A stretch of DNA of 64,000 nucleotides from Eukaryota sp. TZLM1-RC (lineage: Eukaryota > Protista > Metamonada: BaSk clade). How positions within the stretch are numbered: the first letter of the stretch is position 1; every line of letters begins with the position of its first letter. Positions 20,983 to 32,753 of this stretch are shown piece after piece. Made by a program: the position numbers and the translations under genes. Location: positions 1,674,001 through 1,738,000 of the forward strand of contig JAUPSS010000005.1 of the NCBI GenBank assembly GCA_040285825.1. Direction: 5' to 3'. The notes beneath the pieces are model-generated. The model saw only the letters and a list, made by a program, of their open reading frames with translations, ran no database searches and had not been told where the DNA came from.

Positions 20983-22660
20983 TTATATTATTTATTTTTA
21001 TTCAACAACAAATATGAAATACACAATTAAAACTCCACATCCTCAAAACCTGCCTCCCCTACATCAAAACAATTAATCGCCAAAGATTCAGAAAATTTCC
21101 CAAAAGAAGATAGTGAATCAGAAATTAGTGTTACCATTCCCTTAAAAATAGAAAATACAATCCTGTTTTGCCAGTAAACACGATTGAAAATTCTTCCAGT
21201 TCTTTCCTTTACAACTACAACAAAATCCTCAAGGAAAGCCATAGCAGCCTTACCTAGAGATCCAAGCAAAGAAAAAACAAATGGACATAAATTATATTGG
21301 GCATGAGAATTTTCATTAACCGAGGAAATGGGTTTCGCATATTTAGCAATTTTATATTTTTCGCCTGCAAGAAGAGGATTATTTACATCCGAGTTAATGA
21401 AATGTTCGTTAGAGGAATTACAAGGGTCAATAGACTTGGCGTCCAAAATAGTAAAACTACCATTTAAACCAGGAACAACTAGATCACCTCTAGTCAGACC
21501 CATAGAACCTCTGTTGTAACGCGTACTATCAATATTGGGATCATCAAGAATTAATTTTGATAACAGCGGTTCTAAAAAGGAATCTACACGATATGATTTG
21601 CACATTACATAAATTTGGTCCCTGACGTTATTATGCACTTTGCTTCTAAACGTAATGAAATGTTTACAGTTCAAAAGATGAGTAAACAAAAGAGGTTTAC
21701 CACATTTACAAGTTAAATGATTGGGCAAATTGTTTGGCCACAGAAAACAACGAAAACGCATGTTTAGAAGCCATTCATTGTCTTTTAACAAAAGTCCATA
21801 AACAGAGGGAACTTGAGTTACTAAAGCAGCAGCTGAACTATCACGAATATCCTTTAAAAAATTACCGAAAGCGGGATTCTTAGTTTTGGCCAAGCCAAGT
21901 CTTACTTCATAATCCAAGCCTTCATATAATTTAACCAGATGGTGCTGAAGCTTTTTCAAGCAAAAACGTAAATTTGGAAGTGATCGAGTGGGAATTTCTT
22001 GAACATTTTGAGGAAAACACTGAATCCAGATATCACTAGGCAAATTTTCTAATTCAAATTGCAGTTGATTCAAGTAAAAATTTGATTCACCATTGATCAG
22101 ATGAACATCAAAAGGGAACCTTTGGAAAAATTCAAAAACAAAATTTTTACCACCTCCCAAAAATGCTGCTTTACACAGAATCGAAGATTTGGTGAATCCA
22201 ATTCCACCCAAATCTGCTGAACAAAATACATGACTTCGAATTAAAGATTCATTTACTTCTAATAAAGAAGAAAAAATTTGACTCGAAGTTTGTTAAAAGA
22301 TCTGCAAAAATTGAGAGATACCGAAGGGGAGTTGACCTTAAAATATGAGTGAATTTTCCAGAATAACAAATTTTTAAAATAAAAAATTTGATGTGTTTCT
22401 CAATGTCACATTCAGCAATAAAACTAAGATCCTTGTCAAACTTCTCCAATAAATTGTTTAACTGGGAATAAATTTCATCCAAATTGCCAAGCCAACATCC
22501 AAGAAACTTAAAAGCTTGTTGGTCATAATTGATAAAAGGAATCTGAGCTCCACCAATCATCAAATATTGTTTTTCTCTACCAATCAGGAGACATTTAGAT
22601 GGGTTCAAAGCTAAACCAATTTCTTTGTATTTCGCCGCAATGTTTTCAGAAACCCTAGAA
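20983..22660 (-). mobile_element. 5'-truncated RLE non-LTR retrotransposon, family B (ends GFEDVEF)
   Basis: Nearly identical to 28840-30506; one homopolymer frameshift near 22275. Confidence 0.95.
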
Positions 22661-22717
22661 AAAAAATTGATACAAATATGGTCCCTACTTATTTCATTAC
22701 AACCAATACCTAAAAGA

Positions 22718-25015
22718 ATGACCTATACCACACAGTATGCATCCATACTGACACTACCAGATGACTATGACACGTTTATGTGGCCACTTCACTTCCTTCA
22801 ATCGACTTTTCTTCATCGATGTCAAGACCTAGAAATCGAAGTATCAATACCAATATGGCGTCGTTTTACTGACCGTTTTTCTTTCTCGTCTAAAACACGC
22901 TGTCTAGACTTCACATCTACTGGCTTTGGCGAAAGTTCCTTCACCTTTTTCTTCTCTTCTCTTCCTTCACTACCAATAGCGAACCAGCTCTACGCCATCA
23001 ACCTTTCTGACAATCCTATATCTGACACCGCTGCTTCCTCTGTCTCCTCATTCCTCTCCACTCACCCTTCCAGACTCTCTGTCCTTCTCCTACGAGGATG
23101 TGGTCTCTCCCCTATTGCTTCTGCCAGCATTATTGAATCTCTCACCTCCAACCCTTTCCTTCTTCACCTTGACCTTTCTTCTTCTTCCACCGGAGTTCGG
23201 AATCATTTAGGCCAAGCTTCAGCTCAGCACTTGGCAACTCTCTTGTCTTTTAACCATTTGAGAACATTAAATCTATCTGGATGTGGTCTTGGTCGCCATG
23301 TTGCTCTTTTGGTTCCTCAATTAACTCAATGTAGTTCAATAAGAAAATTGTTTCTATCATCGAATGCTCTGGGAGATGTTGCTTTTGTTATTCACGAACT
23401 TTCCAAGTGTTTTCGGCAAGATTCGACCTCGGGACTAGCTCACCTAGATCTGAGTAGAAACCGTTTCAGCCAGGAGTGTTGGAAGGCCGTGGGTAATTTG
23501 GTAGTCAAGAAAGAAATAGAGCTCAAGTCAGTACTCAGTGTTTCTGTAGGTGATGGATTGAAATATTTGAACTTGTCAGACAATACATTGACAAATGATG
23601 GCGAAGTTGTTCAATTAGCAGCTAATTTACCAGGAAATTTAGAAGAATTTTCGTTAAACAATGTAAGTTTAAATGATGAGTTGTTCGAATTATTGTTACC
23701 AAGAATTTTAAAAATTAAAGTTTTGAGCTTAGCAAGAAACAACTTGACTGATTCCGCAATCAGTTCATTAAAAAGGTCGTTTTTGACCCCTTCGACTCAA
23801 TCCAACGTCATCAGTCTTGACTTGTCTAGAAATAAGCTCAGAATTCCATCAGACCTTCCTTTTTTGGTTGTTGAATCAGGAGTTAAACATTTAAATTTAG
23901 CTGATAATAATATTAGAGATTCTGTAGTTGTCGAGATTGCCCAATATTTGGACAAACTGAGCTCTTCTTGTCAACTAGAAGAGCTCAATTTATCGTCAAA
24001 TGCTGTCAAGATTTTAGGTGCTGAGATGCTGTCAGATGTTATGCCAAAGGTGACATCTTTAAAAAGGATCAAATTGAGAGCCAATGATGTCACCTCCAAA
24101 ATTTTGGATAAAATTGACAGAATAACTGAGGAAAAATCAAAGAGGGATAATTTGCAAGAAATTTCAAGACTGTCCGCAGATATTGAAAGACTTGTCGAGG
24201 TTAGGTCAGAACTTCCAGAATTGGAAATTAGAAAACAGCAAGAGGAGTATTTACTGCAAAAACATCACAATAAAAGGGTCGATCTTCATTCCAAAATAGA
24301 AGCTCATAAATCAAAAATGATGGCAAGAAGAGATCACATGACATCAGCACTGGCTTCTGCCAAAAAATTCAGATCGTCAGTAGATGCTAAAGTTTCTGAC
24401 ACTCTTGACCATTTTAATGAAAGAAAAGCTGATCACCAAGATTCAATTAATTCTTTGCTCAATAAAATGGAAAAAGAAAGAAAATTGAAGAACCAATTGG
24501 AGAAATCATTAAGAACTGTTAGAACTCAATTTGAACAATTTCAAACCAAGGCTAATGAAGATATGGTATCTTTAAGAAGTGAGGTGAGTGCTCAAAGGAC
24601 CGCTGTTGACCTTGAAAGGAAAAGAGTTGAAAAGTCAAACGAAGTCAAGGATGATGTTGGCCAAGTTGCCTCTAAGAAGATCAAAAAGACCAAAAAAGGA
24701 TCAAAAGGTAGTTCAAAAACAAAGACCAAAACAAAGAGACCAGCCAGTAGACCTAGACCTTCTACTACTACCTCTACTGCAAGAAGACCACCATCTAGAC
24801 CAAAGACAAAGCCAAAGTCAAGTTCTAGTGCTTTAAGTGAACTTTCTTCAATGGTGCAATCGAAAGGAAAGAAAAAACCAAATCGGAAACCGGAAAGTTC
24901 TATCAAAAATGATGTCGATCAAGTGGTTGCCGAAGAAGAACCAACAGGACCTGTTTCGGTCCAGAATTTCAGCATTAGCGATGAAGTTAGTACAAAATTG
25001 GTGGTAAAAAGGTGA
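22718..25015 (+). CDS. RNI-like leucine-rich repeat protein with coiled coil and basic low-complexity tail
   Basis: Repeated LxxLxLSxN motifs; the track's N-terminal extension overlaps the retroelement, and the first ATG is at 22718. Confidence 0.85.
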   Translation: MTYTTQYASILTLPDDYDTFMWPLHFLQSTFLHRCQDLEIEVSIPIWRRFTDRFSFSSKTRCLDFTSTGFGESSFTFFFSSLPSLPIANQLYAINLSDNPISDTAASSVSSFLSTHPSRLSVLLLRGCGLSPIASASIIESLTSNPFLLHLDLSSSSTGVRNHLGQASAQHLATLLSFNHLRTLNLSGCGLGRHVALLVPQLTQCSSIRKLFLSSNALGDVAFVIHELSKCFRQDSTSGLAHLDLSRNRFSQECWKAVGNLVVKKEIELKSVLSVSVGDGLKYLNLSDNTLTNDGEVVQLAANLPGNLEEFSLNNVSLNDELFELLLPRILKIKVLSLARNNLTDSAISSLKRSFLTPSTQSNVISLDLSRNKLRIPSDLPFLVVESGVKHLNLADNNIRDSVVVEIAQYLDKLSSSCQLEELNLSSNAVKILGAEMLSDVMPKVTSLKRIKLRANDVTSKILDKIDRITEEKSKRDNLQEISRLSADIERLVEVRSELPELEIRKQQEEYLLQKHHNKRVDLHSKIEAHKSKMMARRDHMTSALASAKKFRSSVDAKVSDTLDHFNERKADHQDSINSLLNKMEKERKLKNQLEKSLRTVRTQFEQFQTKANEDMVSLRSEVSAQRTAVDLERKRVEKSNEVKDDVGQVASKKIKKTKKGSKGSSKTKTKTKRPASRPRPSTTTSTARRPPSRPKTKPKSSSSALSELSSMVQSKGKKKPNRKPESSIKNDVDQVVAEEEPTGPVSVQNFSISDEVSTKLVVKR

Positions 25016-26063
25016 ATTAGCCTCAAAGTATTGTTTTCTTTTTAAAAGCAATTTCTCAGTTATTGTGTTTTTCTGTATATTTTGTATAGTAGTTAATTAA
25101 TTCTTTTTTTTTCTTTTTTTATTTAATTCTGTTCCGTAAATATTTTATATCATATTATTCCTAGTTTGATGGTGGCTGGAATATTTTTAAATTTTTGTAA
25201 ACCACAACTGCTCTCAGAATAAATCAGGGAGAGTTATATTTACATTTTTAGTTATTCTAGTTTATTTTTTATTTTTTATTTTTTTATTTGTTCGCTTCAA
25301 ATTTCTCTTTAGCAAAAAGAATCCATATAATCTATTAATATTCATCTCCACAAAAGAAAAAGAAATAGAAGTAGATTTGCTGTCCAATTTAAAGGAAATT
25401 TATTTATAATAAAAATTAATTTAGTTAATCCAAAGTCATTCTGCATATAGCTTCCATATTCGAGGGTTTTGATCAAAACTTAGCCGTTCTACACATTTTT
25501 GGTCGATTAAGAGCTCAAAAATGGGATTTATACAAGCAATAATTAGAGGAAACTGAAGTGTTTAAGTATAGGATCACCCATATATGGAATATGTCAAGGA
25601 ACAAATCACAAGAGAAATTTTGTCAAAATTTTGTTGTCAGATTCTTTTTGTCTGTGTATGTCCACTCTAATCGTTATATCAACTTCAATAAATGTGGATG
25701 ATGATCGGGAATTCGCAAATAATTGTCCAAAGACTTAGGTACTTAATTTTGTAATTCAGAATCTGTACTGACTGGCGACAATAATTGTAACACCCATGCA
25801 CGCAGAAGTTGAATAACGCCTAGTATGGGAAAAGCTTAATTGAACAATTAGAGTAGAGTAAGTAGTGGAAAACAAATGGCTAAAATTTAATTCAAATTTA
25901 AATCGTTTTCAGGACACAGAAACAGAATAAAATCGAACATGATAATTGTTTTGACAGTGTTGGAGGTTATCAGTGTCTGAGTTGAGTAAAACCCTAACAG
26001 CTGCTGTGATTCATTGAATGAAGATTGCTATTCAAAAAAGAAACACTTTACAGTTACCAAGTC

Positions 26064-28565
26064 ATGCTTAAAGGAGCAGCACTAATGGTGCTCCTTAGTG
26101 CAATCGCTGCTGGTTTCACCTTCCTCCTTCTTAGATTTGTGCTTGTGAATACTCTGGGTCAAGATTTTCTCATTGAAATAGTTTATTGGGAGACAGGGCT
26201 TGCGTTCCTTCTTCTAGTCAGCTATGGAATCACTGTGGCGCCTATAGTTTTCTCCAGCTATCTTGTCTCACGCCTCACGGTCTTCTCTTTCACTTACTCA
26301 GTGGGTACTCTTTTCATCCTTGCTTTTTTTCAAACTCTTTCTGCCATGCTTTTTGCACTGATTGCGACACACCTCTTTCATTTAAACCTGCGATACCCTC
26401 AGCCGAGAGACATAGTGGTTATGTTCATAATAGTGGTGATTTACTTGTTTTGCACGTTATGGTTGGCATATTTCATCATTCTCGTTATTGAAGGTGCCCC
26501 TGCACTCTCCCCACTGGCTGGGTTACTGATTTGGATGACTGTTGCTACATTTGTTTTCTTTTCATCTGGCTTACTATTTGCTTCTATTGTTGTTCCCATC
26601 ATTGATCACTTGCTGTGCAAATATACTCCTCAATACAGCCATCACTTGGCTGATGAGAACAGATTATACGTTCAAGGTTCACAGCACCAATGCTTGTTGT
26701 GTGATTCCTGTTGGATTAGAAGCTGGAAATCTCTCTTTGTTTATCTTGTCAACCTTGTGTACATTTCCCTGCTGTTGTGGTTCTCTTCTACTGGACCGTT
26801 GATGTGGTACACTCTTACACCATTCCCTTTCAGCTTCTACTTTATTCTTCAAGGCTATCTATGGAGTGTATTGTGGAGCTTCTCTGTGTTTATTGCCACA
26901 TGGTTCTCCGCAGCAGTGTTTGGAACCTTCCCTACCCCCGGGGTTTCATTAGCATTCTTTATTGCGGCAATAACAGTAGTTGTTTTGTTTGCTGCCATCA
27001 ACTCCGATCACCTGCGAAAAGCAAAGAGGGAGCGAGAGGAGTTTCTCAACAGTGAGGTGGCTAAGAGAACACGTCAGTTAGAGCAGGTGAGGGATGAGTT
27101 GGAGGAGCTGTTGGCTACAAAGTCTCAGTTTTTAAGAGGGGTGAGCCATGAAGCCGTGACCCCTCTCAACCAAATGTACACGGCTATCTCTCTTCTGCAA
27201 GGACTTACAGAAAAACCTCTTGTTCAAAACAAAACGTCCACAGCATTAATAAATGTCAATCGGTTAAATTATGTGGTGGATGATTGCCTACTTGCTACTA
27301 GGTTGGAATGGGACGGTAGCTTACCAATGGCTGCTTCAATTATGTCTTATCCATTCTATAGTTTACTGGATGAGGTTGGAGGTAGCATTTGTGCCGTTGA
27401 TTCTCGCTTAATGGTGTACATGATTCAGGAACACCCTAGTCCGAAGGGGTTTATCAGTCTTTTGGACGCTTCCAGGGTCTCCAAGTTGTTGCAATTGGTG
27501 CTGAGAATATGTTTTTCCTTTTCCAACACTGCAATCGTTAATGTTCTTCAGTATAGTGAAATACCCATGGAAAAGGTGCCAGAGAATCAACTTGTTGAAA
27601 ATGCAAAAGGATGGTCACGGTTACTGTTAGATTTTTCACCAGGTGCTCCACGGACACAACCCTCCGTTTTCAGTGAGAGCGGTGTGGCTTCGCGTTTTCA
27701 CCCTTCAGCTCTCGTTGCGCAACTTACATTGGCTTGTGGTTTCAGTGCGTGCTTCTCCGATGATGCACACTCGATCAGAATTGAGATAATTACGCCCTTT
27801 GCTGAAGAGATTGACTACACACAGTTCGTTCCGACTTTCTGCTCAAAATACGAGTGGTTCACACTGCTCTCGGAAGATCCGTGCACTGTTAAGTACATAT
27901 CAGGTCTTCTTTCATCCATTTTAACCAATATTGCAAGTACTGATATCAGGAAAAATTGTCCTGAGAAGCACATTTTTATTGTTGATGAGCTACATCCGGT
28001 TGAAAAGGAACATTTGAACGAAATCTTTACCAGCTGTCCTTCATCAAGTTATGTGTTTGTGGGAAAGTCACGCAGTACCTTCAACTTTATTGATTTTCCA
28101 ATAACGCCCCGTAAACTCTTTCTTTTCCTCGAGTCATTTGCTACTCATTTACCTACAAAAAGTGAAAGTAGTCAACCATTTGTGCTAGTTGTAGATGATA
28201 TGAAAATGAATGTTAAATTACTGGTGGCTATGCTAAAGAAACTTGGTGTTTCTTCTGATGAAGCATTTGATGGAAGGGAAGCTTTTCTCAAAGTAAAGGA
28301 TAGATGGGCGGAAAACAGACCCTACAGGTTGATTTTGATGGACATTCTCATGCCCTTTTCTGGCATTGATGCCACTCGGCTGATCAGAAATTATGAAAGA
28401 ACCAAGTCAATGGGATCAATTATCGTGGCAGTTTCCGCTCATGCTACTGAAGATGCTGCTCTACGAGCCGAAATGGAAACCGCCCAGTTTGATGACTTTG
28501 TTAAAAAGCCTTTGCAATTAAACAAGTTGAAGTTGTTGCTGACCAAGGCTGGCATGGGGAGTTGA
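26064..28565 (+). CDS. Hybrid sensor histidine kinase-like protein: multi-TM input, HisKA, degenerate ATPase region, receiver domain
   Basis: About 9 hydrophobic segments; H-box KSQFLRGVSHEAVTPLN; receiver VLVVDD...LILMDILMP...AVSA...FVKKP. Confidence 0.88.
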   Translation: MLKGAALMVLLSAIAAGFTFLLLRFVLVNTLGQDFLIEIVYWETGLAFLLLVSYGITVAPIVFSSYLVSRLTVFSFTYSVGTLFILAFFQTLSAMLFALIATHLFHLNLRYPQPRDIVVMFIIVVIYLFCTLWLAYFIILVIEGAPALSPLAGLLIWMTVATFVFFSSGLLFASIVVPIIDHLLCKYTPQYSHHLADENRLYVQGSQHQCLLCDSCWIRSWKSLFVYLVNLVYISLLLWFSSTGPLMWYTLTPFPFSFYFILQGYLWSVLWSFSVFIATWFSAAVFGTFPTPGVSLAFFIAAITVVVLFAAINSDHLRKAKREREEFLNSEVAKRTRQLEQVRDELEELLATKSQFLRGVSHEAVTPLNQMYTAISLLQGLTEKPLVQNKTSTALINVNRLNYVVDDCLLATRLEWDGSLPMAASIMSYPFYSLLDEVGGSICAVDSRLMVYMIQEHPSPKGFISLLDASRVSKLLQLVLRICFSFSNTAIVNVLQYSEIPMEKVPENQLVENAKGWSRLLLDFSPGAPRTQPSVFSESGVASRFHPSALVAQLTLACGFSACFSDDAHSIRIEIITPFAEEIDYTQFVPTFCSKYEWFTLLSEDPCTVKYISGLLSSILTNIASTDIRKNCPEKHIFIVDELHPVEKEHLNEIFTSCPSSSYVFVGKSRSTFNFIDFPITPRKLFLFLESFATHLPTKSESSQPFVLVVDDMKMNVKLLVAMLKKLGVSSDEAFDGREAFLKVKDRWAENRPYRLILMDILMPFSGIDATRLIRNYERTKSMGSIIVAVSAHATEDAALRAEMETAQFDDFVKKPLQLNKLKLLLTKAGMGS

Positions 28566-28827
28566 GTGATCTTTTTGGTTTTGTTAAATTCTAATTAAAA
28601 AAGTGATAATGATTGGTGTTTGTTCTGTCAAAGTTTTGTCCAATGGTTAGACAGTTATTATTATTTTTGATTTTCAATTCATTTTTGTTACTCATCATTT
28701 ATTACTTTTGATTTATCATTAATATGACAATTCATTAACTTGGTACAGGTACCGTCAAACTCATTGTTTTGTTGGTTGTCTTCATAACAAAAGGAAAATT
28801 AATTTTTTCTTGAAATTGAGGAAAAAT

Positions 28828-31800
28828 TTTTAAAACTTTTTATTCAACAACAAATATGAAATACACAATTAAAACTCCACATCCTCAAAACCTGCCTCCC
28901 CTACATCAAAACAATTAATCGCTAAAGATTCAGAAAATTTCCCAAAAGAAGATAGTGAATCAGAAATTAGTGTTACCATTCCCTTAAAAATAGAAAATAC
29001 AATCCTGTTTTGCCAGTAAACACGATTGAAAATTCTTCCAGTTCTTTCCTTTACAACTACAACAAAATCCTCCAGGAAAGCCATAGCAGCCTTACCTAGA
29101 GATCCAAGCAAAGAAAAAACAAATGGACATAAATTATATTGGGCATGAGAATTTTCATTAACCGAGGAAATGGGTTTCGCATATTTAGCAATTTTATATT
29201 TTTCGCCTGCAAGAAGAGGATTATTTACATCCGAGTTAATGAAATGTTCGTTAGAGGAATTACAAGGGTCAATAGACATGGCGTCCAAAATAGTAAAACT
29301 ACCATTTAAACCAGGAACAACTAGATCACCTCTAGTCAGACCCATAGAAGCTCTGTTGTAACGCGTACTATCAATATTGGGATCATCAAGAATTAATTTT
29401 GATAACAGCGGTTCTAAAAAGGAATCTACACGATATGATTTGCACATTACATAAATTTGGTCCCTGACGTTATTATGCACTTTGCTTCTAAACGTAATGA
29501 AATGTTTACAGTTCAAAAGATGAGTAAACAAAAGAGGTTTACCACATTTACAAGTTAAATGATTGGGCAAATTGTTTGGCCACAGAAAACAACGAAAACG
29601 CATGTTTAGAAGCCATTCATTGTCTTTTTAACAAAAGTCCATAAACAGAGGGAACTTGAGTTACTAAAGCAGCAGCTGAACTATGACGAATATCCTTTAA
29701 AAAAATTACCGAAAGCGGGATTTTTAGTTTTGGCCAAGCCAAGTCTTACTTCATAATCCAAGCCTTCATATAATTTAACCAGATGGTGCTGAAGCTTTTT
29801 CAAGCAAAAACGTAAATTTGGAAGTGATCGAGTGGGAATTTCTTGAACATTTTGAGGAAAACACTGAATCCAGATATCACTAGGCAAATTTTCTAATTCA
29901 AATTGCAGTTGATTCAAGTAAAAATTTGATTCACCATTGATCAGATGAACATCAAAAGGGAACCTTTGGAAAAATTCAAAACAAAATTTTTACCACCTCC
30001 CAAAAATGCTGCTTTACACAGAATCGAAGATTTGGTGAATCCAATTCCACCCAAATCTGCTGAACAAAATACATGACTTCGAATTAAAGATTCATTTACT
30101 TCTAATAAAGAAGAAAAAAATTTGACTCGAAGTTTGTTAAAAGATCTGCAAAAATTGAGAGATACCGAAGGGGGAGTTGACCTTAAAATATGAGTGAATT
30201 TTCCAGAATAACAAATTTTTAAAATAAAAAATTTGATGTGTTTCTCAATGTCACATTCAGCAATAAAACTAAGATCCTTGTCAAACTTCTCCAATAAATT
30301 GTTTAACTGGGAATAAATTTCATCCAAATTGCCAAGCCAACATCCAAGAAACTTAAAAGCTTGATGGTCATAATTGATAAAAGGAATCTGAGCTCCACCA
30401 ATCATCAAAGATTGTTTTTCTCTACCAATCAAGAGACATTTAGATGGGTTCAAAGCTAAACCAATTTCTTTGTATTTCGCCGCAATGTCTTCAGAAACCC
30501 TAGAAATGCTTTCAAAAGAACCAATAATAGAAATGTCATCCATATAGGCAACAATACGCAAATCAGGGAAATCTTGTTGTGTCATTTTAATAATATTATG
30601 AATAGCCAAACAAAACAGCAAAGGGCCTAGAGGATCACCTTGTTTCACACCAGAAGAAGATTCAAGGGTAAAGGAGTCAAAAATTAAGTCTGATTTTTTT
30701 CCATAAAATAAATAAAAATATGCAGTAAGTTCAGGAAAATCATGAAGAAGGACATCAAAAATACAATTACGTTTCACAGAATTGAAAGCATTTTTGAAAT
30801 CCAAATTGAAAATATATTGATGCTGTTGACTATTGAAAAAAACATCTGAAGTCATTGAAGCAACAGAAGCACCTTCAACAGTTTTTATACCAAATTGGAA
30901 AGGCTTCAAATAGTCCCTTGCTTTAGTAGAAATTCTGTTAAAAATAAGCGAAGAAAGCAATCTGGTTAATGACTCTCCAATAGCAATTGGTCTAACTCCA
31001 TCAGGTTTGTCACCTTTACCAGGTTTAACTAAAGCAACTAAACGGGCAGCAGTCAATTCAGGCGGAGGAACATAATTTAAACACATTAAATTTTGAAAAT
31101 AGGAAGCAAGATCCTCAACAATTTCAGGAGCATTTTTACAGGCAGTTTTTAACAAATCAAAGGAAATGCCTGAAGGACCAGCAGCTTTTCCTTTTGGTAA
31201 TTTAGCAACGGCATTCAATACTTCGTGAGCCTGAAATGGATTTTCGAGCCAATATTGACAAATAGAAGGCTTACTGGGGCAAAAATGTTCAGTTGGATGG
31301 AGGGATTTCAATTTTTCAACAGTTTCGAGATTGGTATCAGCCAGTTTTCCCGAAAAAATATTTTTTAATCCGCTTCCATATCTACCTCTCAAAAACAATT
31401 TTTTTGCTTGAAAAGATGAATTAGCTTTTCTCTGTTTTGGTTTGTAATTAATTTTCTTCTTATTCTTTTTGGCAAAGAATTTCCAAAATCTTGTTATGTT
31501 CCATTTGTTTAATTTCAATTGCGAAGAAAAGAACGCATTTCCATTGACAAAGGAACAGAACTGGCAGGACTCACCTCTACAGGAATTTTAACAGGTGTAC
31601 GAAGAGAATCACTTGTTTGACAGTCAAAACAAAACAATAGAGGGCGACCATTAGAAGAATTAGAGAGGAACTTTTTGCAAAAAGGACAACTATGTTTCAA
31701 GACATTATCCGTAGGATCAGGAGCAACAGTTTTTGGTAAATGAGTTTGATCAATATTTAAATCATAATTAACATCATCAGCAGAAACATTGGGAACAGGA

Positions 31801-32236
31801 GGAAGATTTAGTTCGGATGGCGTTTGCAAACTATTAACAATAGAAATATTGGTTTTCAGTCTCATTTTTCGGTAATAATATCAGGACATTTTCTAATGTT
31901 ATGACCAACCTTGCCACATTTGGAACAGGTATGTCTTCTTTTTTGCACTTTTTCAGGCGTAATATCAGGGGCATCACACAAAGGCAAAAAGTCTTTTTTA
32001 AAAATTTTCAAATTTTTTTGAGAAGAATTTCGAGCATAGCTTGAAGGGTGGGGAGAGTGGAGAAGTGAAGGGGATGAGTTTGATCTGATGGGTAGAATCT
32101 TTGCTTGGGCATTCCAATCAGTATCAGAGTCACTGTCAGTCACTGGCATCGTTTTGGCAAAGACACAGTACGACTTTGACGCCGTGACAGAAAGTGAAAT
32201 ATGAGAGGGTTGACTAAGGGAGGGAGAAAAAAAAAA
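28828..32236 (-). mobile_element. Full-length RLE-type (CRE/NeSL-like) non-LTR retrotransposon, family B, 3409 bp
   Basis: 15-bp TSD AAATTGAGGAAAAAT at 28813-28827 and 32237-32251; ORF 32149-28869 (five 1-nt frameshifts) with CCHC knuckle, RT (AAGPSG, RPIAIG, DFKNAFN, GVKQGDPLGP, AYMDD), zinc motif and RLE (RGDL..D..EKYKIAKY). Confidence 0.95.
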
Positions 32237-32753
32237 AAATTGAGGAAAAATGATAATAGGATTTTATTTCATTGTGCTTCAAATTTTTTTCAAAAATTGC
32301 AAAAGTAAAAATCGAATTACTTTAACTTTGTCCAATACATAGTTGGGAAATAAAGAGTTCTTAATGAGTCTCTTGTCATTATTTCATATCAATACGGAAC
32401 AAATATGAAATAATAAACTGAAATAATAGACTTTTCAGAGTCAAATAGAGTATGATAAGAACTCTTCAAAATTGTGTAAATTGAATTTAAATACACCGTT
32501 GGAAGAGCGTTTATGAAAAAATAAAATTATTTATTGTTTTTAATGTAAATTGACTAACAATTTTGGTAAATAAAACTACTTTAATATCATAATTTATTCA
32601 AAATACAATACAAAAGTTATAATACAAAAAGGGAAGAAAACACTTTTTTTAAAAAACACTCAATAAAAAAAGCTATTCAATATTAAACAAAATTGCTTTA
32701 AATCCAACCAAAAACAAAAAACTTTACTCTATTTACAAACAAAGATTCACACT

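Noticed and set aside
22625-22717. Retroelement-derived N-terminal extension of the LRR protein
   Set aside because: Depends on a TTG start in the antisense strand of the retroelement; ATG 22718 is the simpler start.
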